DNA from: an uncultured delta proteobacterium
Lineage (GTDB): Bacteria > Desulfobacterota > Syntrophia > Syntrophales > Smithellaceae
NCBI GenBank assembly: GCA_963730275.1
Contig: CAVSRI010000031.1
Coordinates: 323-64,322 of the forward strand
Direction: 5' to 3'
Length of the DNA stretch: 64,000 nucleotides
Both the position numbers and the translations under genes were made by a program. Below are positions 60,246-64,000 of the stretch, in pieces. Position 1 is the stretch's first letter. Every line of letters starts with the position of its first letter. Under the pieces are notes generated by a model that ran no database searches, was not told the DNA's origin, and saw only the letters and a program-made list of their open reading frames with translations.

Positions 60246-61100
60246 TCAATCTTCCAGATTCATTTTCTTCTTGAAGGCGGCGATAATTGCCTGTGTTGCT
60301 GCTTCCAGCGACATTCCTCCCGTATTGATTACGATGTCGTAGTGTTTGGGATCCGCAACGTCGGCATTAAAATATTTCCTGACGAATGCCTTGCGGTTAT
60401 TTTCTGTCTTGACCACATATTGTTCCGCTTCGGCTTTAGTATATCCCCTGTCTTCCATGAAATATTTAATTCTGTAATCCAGCGGGGCAATTATTCTGAC
60501 CTTAAATGCTTTTTCCGGTGGCAGGATATGATTCGCTCCCCTTCCTACGATGATAGTGTTGCCAAAGACTCCGATAGTCCCGATTACTCGAGTCAGGTGC
60601 TGCAGATATTCACCAGGCCAGGGACGATATTCCCCAAACAGAGATAAAAGTAAAGTATCGCGAAAGCTTACTTCTTTTTCATCCAGCGATTCGATAACTT
60701 TTCTGCTCATCTTGGCGCTATCCGCGACATGCTGTATTATTTGAGCACCGATCAATTCCATGTCTAATGCCTTGGCTAGTCTTCTGGCAATTTCACTTCC
60801 TCCGCTTCCCGGCTCTCTGGAAATAGTGATTATCGGTCCGCCTTTAAATTTTTCTATTTCAATTCCGTGTTTTAAGGCTTTATCCAACAGCTTGCGCCAC
60901 TTATCCACCTGCTGTGCAACCATTCTATCCATGATTACTTTTTCATCATCTTGTTCACTCGACGCTGCGGCCTTAATAGACAGATCTCTTGTGTAATCAG
61001 GACAATGACTGCCAAGAAAAGCGTCCGATGATAACTTAAACCTTTTTTGACATTCCCGACGCCAAGCGCATATGCCGCATATGTGTTTTTCTGCCGTCAT
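60246..61100 (-). CDS. Cytidylate-kinase-like family protein with an N-terminal 4-Cys segment
   Basis: P-loop-like ISREPGSGGSEIARRLA. N-terminus [13 protein letters not shown]...HCPDY. ATG 61100 has RBS gagggtg. Overlaps the gamma subunit gene by 65 nt. Confidence 0.75.
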   Translation of the reverse strand: MTAEKHICGICAWRRECQKRFKLSSDAFLGSHCPDYTRDLSIKAAASSEQDDEKVIMDRMVAQQVDKWRKLLDKALKHGIEIEKFKGGPIITISREPGSGGSEIARRLAKALDMELIGAQIIQHVADSAKMSRKVIESLDEKEVSFRDTLLLSLFGEYRPWPGEYLQHLTRVIGTIGVFGNTIIVGRGANHILPPEKAFKVRIIAPLDYRIKYFMEDRGYTKAEAEQYVVKTENNRKAFVRKYFNADVADPKHYDIVINTGGMSLEAATQAIIAAFKKKMNLED

Positions 61101-62052
61101 GACTAGCACCCTCTTTCTGATTGACGATGGTTTGCTTTTTTTCTTCACTTAACGCCTCAAAGCCGGCCACAATATCCAACAACTCCTCGGTAATGGTCAT
61201 CTGGCGCTGCCGGTGAAACTGTCCATGAAGTTCCTGCATTTGTTCTTCGATATTTTTTTCGGCATTTTGCATCGAGGCCAGACGGCTGGCATTTTCGCTG
61301 GCTAGAGATTCCGCAAAAGCCCGGTATAAGGAAACAAAGAGATACTCTCTGATCAACGAGGAAAAAATAAGATCGCCATCCATCCGGAAAATAGGCAGTG
61401 ATTTGGAATCCCATTTCTTTTTGGCTATTTCTTTGAGCCATTCCCTGTTGACAGGAAGGAGCTGAACCAGATGCGGCCTGTAGGAGGCTCCCGTTAGATA
61501 TTTATTGTAAAAAAGCAAAAAATGGTCGACCTGATGGCGGAAATGCCACTCATCAATAATCATTATTATTTCCTGGACAAGTGGTGTAATCCCGGCCGTC
61601 GAACTGGGCGTTGTCAAAACCTCGTAGATCGGCTGTCCGGCATCCTCTACATAATCGGCCACCCGTGCACCTACAGACAGAACCATACGATTTTCCTTCT
61701 TCACGCCAATATTCTTCATATGTTCCAAGGTAAAGACCGAGATCTGTTCGTTGAGTTGGCCGCACAATCCTTGATCGGACCCGAAAACGATGGCGCCTAA
61801 ACGCTTCACTGTCGGGGCCTTTGTCTGTGCCGGTGGCTCCATTCGCTCTTTCAGCACAATCTGTAAGCCCATCTCTACCGCGCTGTTGTAATCGGTCAGG
61901 GATTCGACAGCCCGCTGGTATTGACGGATACTCACCGCGGCCAGAGCCTTCATAGTCTTGACGACGGAAAGAAGATCACCGGCGCTCTTAATCCTTCTTT
62001 TGATGGACTCAGTTGTTTGCATCAACTTCCTCTGTAACTTCAAAGGGGGCAA
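61036..62052 (-). CDS. atpG: Second (N-type-like) ATPase gamma subunit
   Basis: [25 protein letters not shown] at the N-terminus and [15 protein letters not shown] near the C-terminus, plus a tail of about 35 aa. Confidence 0.85.
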   Translation of the reverse strand: MPPLKLQRKLMQTTESIKRRIKSAGDLLSVVKTMKALAAVSIRQYQRAVESLTDYNSAVEMGLQIVLKERMEPPAQTKAPTVKRLGAIVFGSDQGLCGQLNEQISVFTLEHMKNIGVKKENRMVLSVGARVADYVEDAGQPIYEVLTTPSSTAGITPLVQEIIMIIDEWHFRHQVDHFLLFYNKYLTGASYRPHLVQLLPVNREWLKEIAKKKWDSKSLPIFRMDGDLIFSSLIREYLFVSLYRAFAESLASENASRLASMQNAEKNIEEQMQELHGQFHRQRQMTITEELLDIVAGFEALSEEKKQTIVNQKEGASHDGRKTHMRHMRLASGMSKKV

Positions 62053-63577
62053 CGTCAGCTTTGACCTTGTTTAAAATACTGTCCCGATCCGATATTTCCA
62101 GTTTATTTCCCGCGTCAATACGCCCGCACACTTCCGGTAGTTGTTGCGTTACCGTTTGGAGGAGACTTTCTTCTGCTTCTCTCACCTTTTCTGTAGGGAC
62201 ATTGTCGAGGCTTCCACCTGTTACGGAAAGCAGCGAGGCAATCTGCTCCGATGCTCTCAGCGGCTTGTACTGTCCCTGTTTCAATATCTCCCGGACACGC
62301 CACCCGCGCTCCAGGGTTTTACGAGTGCTTTCGTCAAGACGTGTCCCGAAACGGGAAAATGATTCCAGTTCCTCAAATTGCGAGTAGGAAAGGCGCAAAT
62401 CGCCGGCCACGGAGCGGTAAGCAGGCAACTGTGTTTTACCGCCCACGCGCGAAACCGACTTCCCGACATCGACGGCGGGCAGGATACCTTTGTTGAAGAG
62501 AACAGGGGACAGGTAAATTTGTCCGTCTGTAATTGAGATCAGATTTGTGGGGATATAGGAAGATAAATCTTGAGCTTCGGTTTCCGTAATCGGGAGTGAA
62601 GTCAACGATCCGCCGCCCAACTCGGGACGTAAATGAGTTGACCTTTCGAGTAGTCGGGAATGAATGTAAAAAATATCGCCGGGGAAAGCCTCGCGTCCCG
62701 GAGGACGCCGCAGCAGCAGAGAAACCTCACGGTAAGCGCGCGCGTGCGAAGTTAGATCATCGTATATAATGAGAACATCGCGCCCCTGCTCCATGAAATA
62801 TTCTCCCATTGTTGTTGCCGCATAGGGCGCGACAAACTGCAGGCCCGGTGTGTCTTCGCCTGTAGCCACAACAACAATACACGATTGCATCACGCCGTGG
62901 TCACGCAAATCGGCTATAACTTTGGCCACATCGGAGCTCTTCTTGCCGATGGCGCAATAAATGGAAATAATTCCCGTCTCCTTCTGGTTGATGATGGTAT
63001 CTACAACGATGGCCGTCTTTCCCGTCTGGCGGTCGCCTAAGATTAGTTCCCGTTGGCCGCGGCCGATGGGGATGAGAGCATCGATTACCTTGATTCCTGT
63101 CTGGAGCGGAACAGTCACCGGGGCTCGATCCATGACTGCCGGCGCGGGTCTCTCGACGGGGAGACGTTTGACGGTATTAATCTCTCCCAGACCATCCAGA
63201 GGACGACCCAGAGGATCAACCACCCGTCCCAAAAGGCCTTCACCGACAGGGACGTCGAGAACGCGCTGAGTGCGGTGAACTTCCTCTCCTACTTGGAGGT
63301 TTTCACTGGGATCAAGAAGGATAATGCCTATTTCTTCCGGGTCTATATTGAAGACAAGTCCCATGTAATTTCCGGAAAATCGCACCAGCTCTTCGGCACG
63401 TATGTTCGGTAGTCCGCTAACCCTGGCGATGTCCCTTCCCACAAATTGAATTGTGCCGATTTCGTATTGCCGCAGTTCAGGTTTCTGTTTTTTTAAAACC
63501 TTGTCCATCGTCGAAAAGGTATCATCAAGAAAAGTTTTTAATTCTTGAGTTTCGGTTATATTAACATGCTGGCTCAT
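62009..63577 (-). CDS. atpA: Second (N-type-like) ATPase alpha subunit
   Basis: P-loop GDRQTGKT plus [23 protein letters not shown]. Clearly divergent from the alpha at 15660-17174. Confidence 0.9.
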   Translation of the reverse strand: MSQHVNITETQELKTFLDDTFSTMDKVLKKQKPELRQYEIGTIQFVGRDIARVSGLPNIRAEELVRFSGNYMGLVFNIDPEEIGIILLDPSENLQVGEEVHRTQRVLDVPVGEGLLGRVVDPLGRPLDGLGEINTVKRLPVERPAPAVMDRAPVTVPLQTGIKVIDALIPIGRGQRELILGDRQTGKTAIVVDTIINQKETGIISIYCAIGKKSSDVAKVIADLRDHGVMQSCIVVVATGEDTPGLQFVAPYAATTMGEYFMEQGRDVLIIYDDLTSHARAYREVSLLLRRPPGREAFPGDIFYIHSRLLERSTHLRPELGGGSLTSLPITETEAQDLSSYIPTNLISITDGQIYLSPVLFNKGILPAVDVGKSVSRVGGKTQLPAYRSVAGDLRLSYSQFEELESFSRFGTRLDESTRKTLERGWRVREILKQGQYKPLRASEQIASLLSVTGGSLDNVPTEKVREAEESLLQTVTQQLPEVCGRIDAGNKLEISDRDSILNKVKADVAPFEVTEEVDANN

Positions 63578-63605
63578 TCTACTACTCCTCCCTCAATATT
63601 CCCTA

Positions 63606-64000
63606 CTATCCGCTGTGTGCTTCTTTCTGAAGGGTTTCAGTCAAATTTTCCACCAGTGTTTCCAGATACTCATTCAGACTCCAGGCGATCTTATGGCCGT
63701 TAACCCGCAACTCGATGCCGGAAACAACTTCCGGCTGCATGGAATAATTGATAGTAAAGCCTTTCGTAATCTGCTTCTTTAACGCTTGTTCTATCCGGCC
63801 TTGTGTTTCCGCCGGAATATCGAAAGCGCTCTGGATGGTCACTCTATTACCGCCACCGGTAATGGCTTTGCGGATTTGCGCGGATTTTTCTTTATCCAAT
63901 TCCCGGACCCGCCGAATAAATTCGTCGACAATCCGCGCTTCCAGGTCCACATCGGCCAGATCCGTCAACGCCCGTCGAGCGGTGGCATAAATCTGCCGGG
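63606..64000 (-). CDS. Second ATPase b-type subunit with a delta/OSCP-like C-terminus (5' end outside the window)
   Basis: The frame stays open to the window edge (..RQIYATARRALTDLADVDLEARIV..). The C-terminus EVVSGIELRVNGHKIAWSLNEYLETL resembles delta C-termini. No separate delta gene precedes alpha. Confidence 0.6.
   Translation of the reverse strand, partial: RQIYATARRALTDLADVDLEARIVDEFIRRVRELDKEKSAQIRKAITGGGNRVTIQSAFDIPAETQGRIEQALKKQITKGFTINYSMQPEVVSGIELRVNGHKIAWSLNEYLETLVENLTETLQKEAHSG

Overview
The gene content suggests a chromosomal segment from an anaerobic, selenocysteine-using, Desulfobacterota-like bacterium. No database search was possible, so this is inference only.

Positions 1-24 kb are AT-rich conserved core:
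- a disrupted B12/radical-SAM gene
- TPM, nucleotidyltransferase-like and LemA genes
- a NUDIX hydrolase
- tRNA-Sec, tRNA-Leu and tRNA-Ala
- a PpiD-like chaperone
- mreB-mreC-mreD-mrdA-rodA and a bactofilin
- an F-type ATP synthase operon (b', b, delta, alpha, gamma, beta, epsilon) with no a or c subunit genes
- greA, moaA, a methyltransferase and an AmmeMemoRadiSam-type radical SAM enzyme

Positions 24-64 kb are a mosaic of visibly GC-richer blocks:
- Mop
- a sigma-54-driven lipoprotein pair
- an amidohydrolase
- a glycyl-radical-enzyme operon
- fatty-acid genes (two acyl-CoA ligases, a crotonase, an NMO/FabK-like protein, FadL, a carboxyltransferase, a hydroxylase, an acyltransferase)
- DUF134 and NifX-like genes
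- a CsoR/CstR-like regulator followed by NrfD, NrfC, two multihaem cytochrome ORFs and a periplasmic rhodanese
- a roughly 1020-aa FAD/Fe-S oxidoreductase broken into four frames
- ArsR, a PHP phosphoesterase and an integrase remnant
- the end of a second, N-type-like ATPase operon (b/delta-like, alpha, gamma) plus a Cys-rich cytidylate-kinase-like gene

The strongest candidate for something new is locus 41.1-46.7 kb. A persulfide-sensor-like repressor has a clear operator. It is followed by NrfD/NrfC without a molybdopterin subunit. Next come a 7-haem ORF and a 10-haem ORF that are in the same frame and separated only by one TGA. This is a possible 17-haem selenoprotein, and a tRNA-Sec gene lies in the same window. 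A secreted tandem rhodanese closes the locus.

Other notable points are two interspersed structured repeat families and an uncharacterised glycyl-radical operon.

Caveat: many ORF breaks sit at short homopolymers, including in obviously essential genes. Many apparent pseudogenes may therefore be assembly errors.
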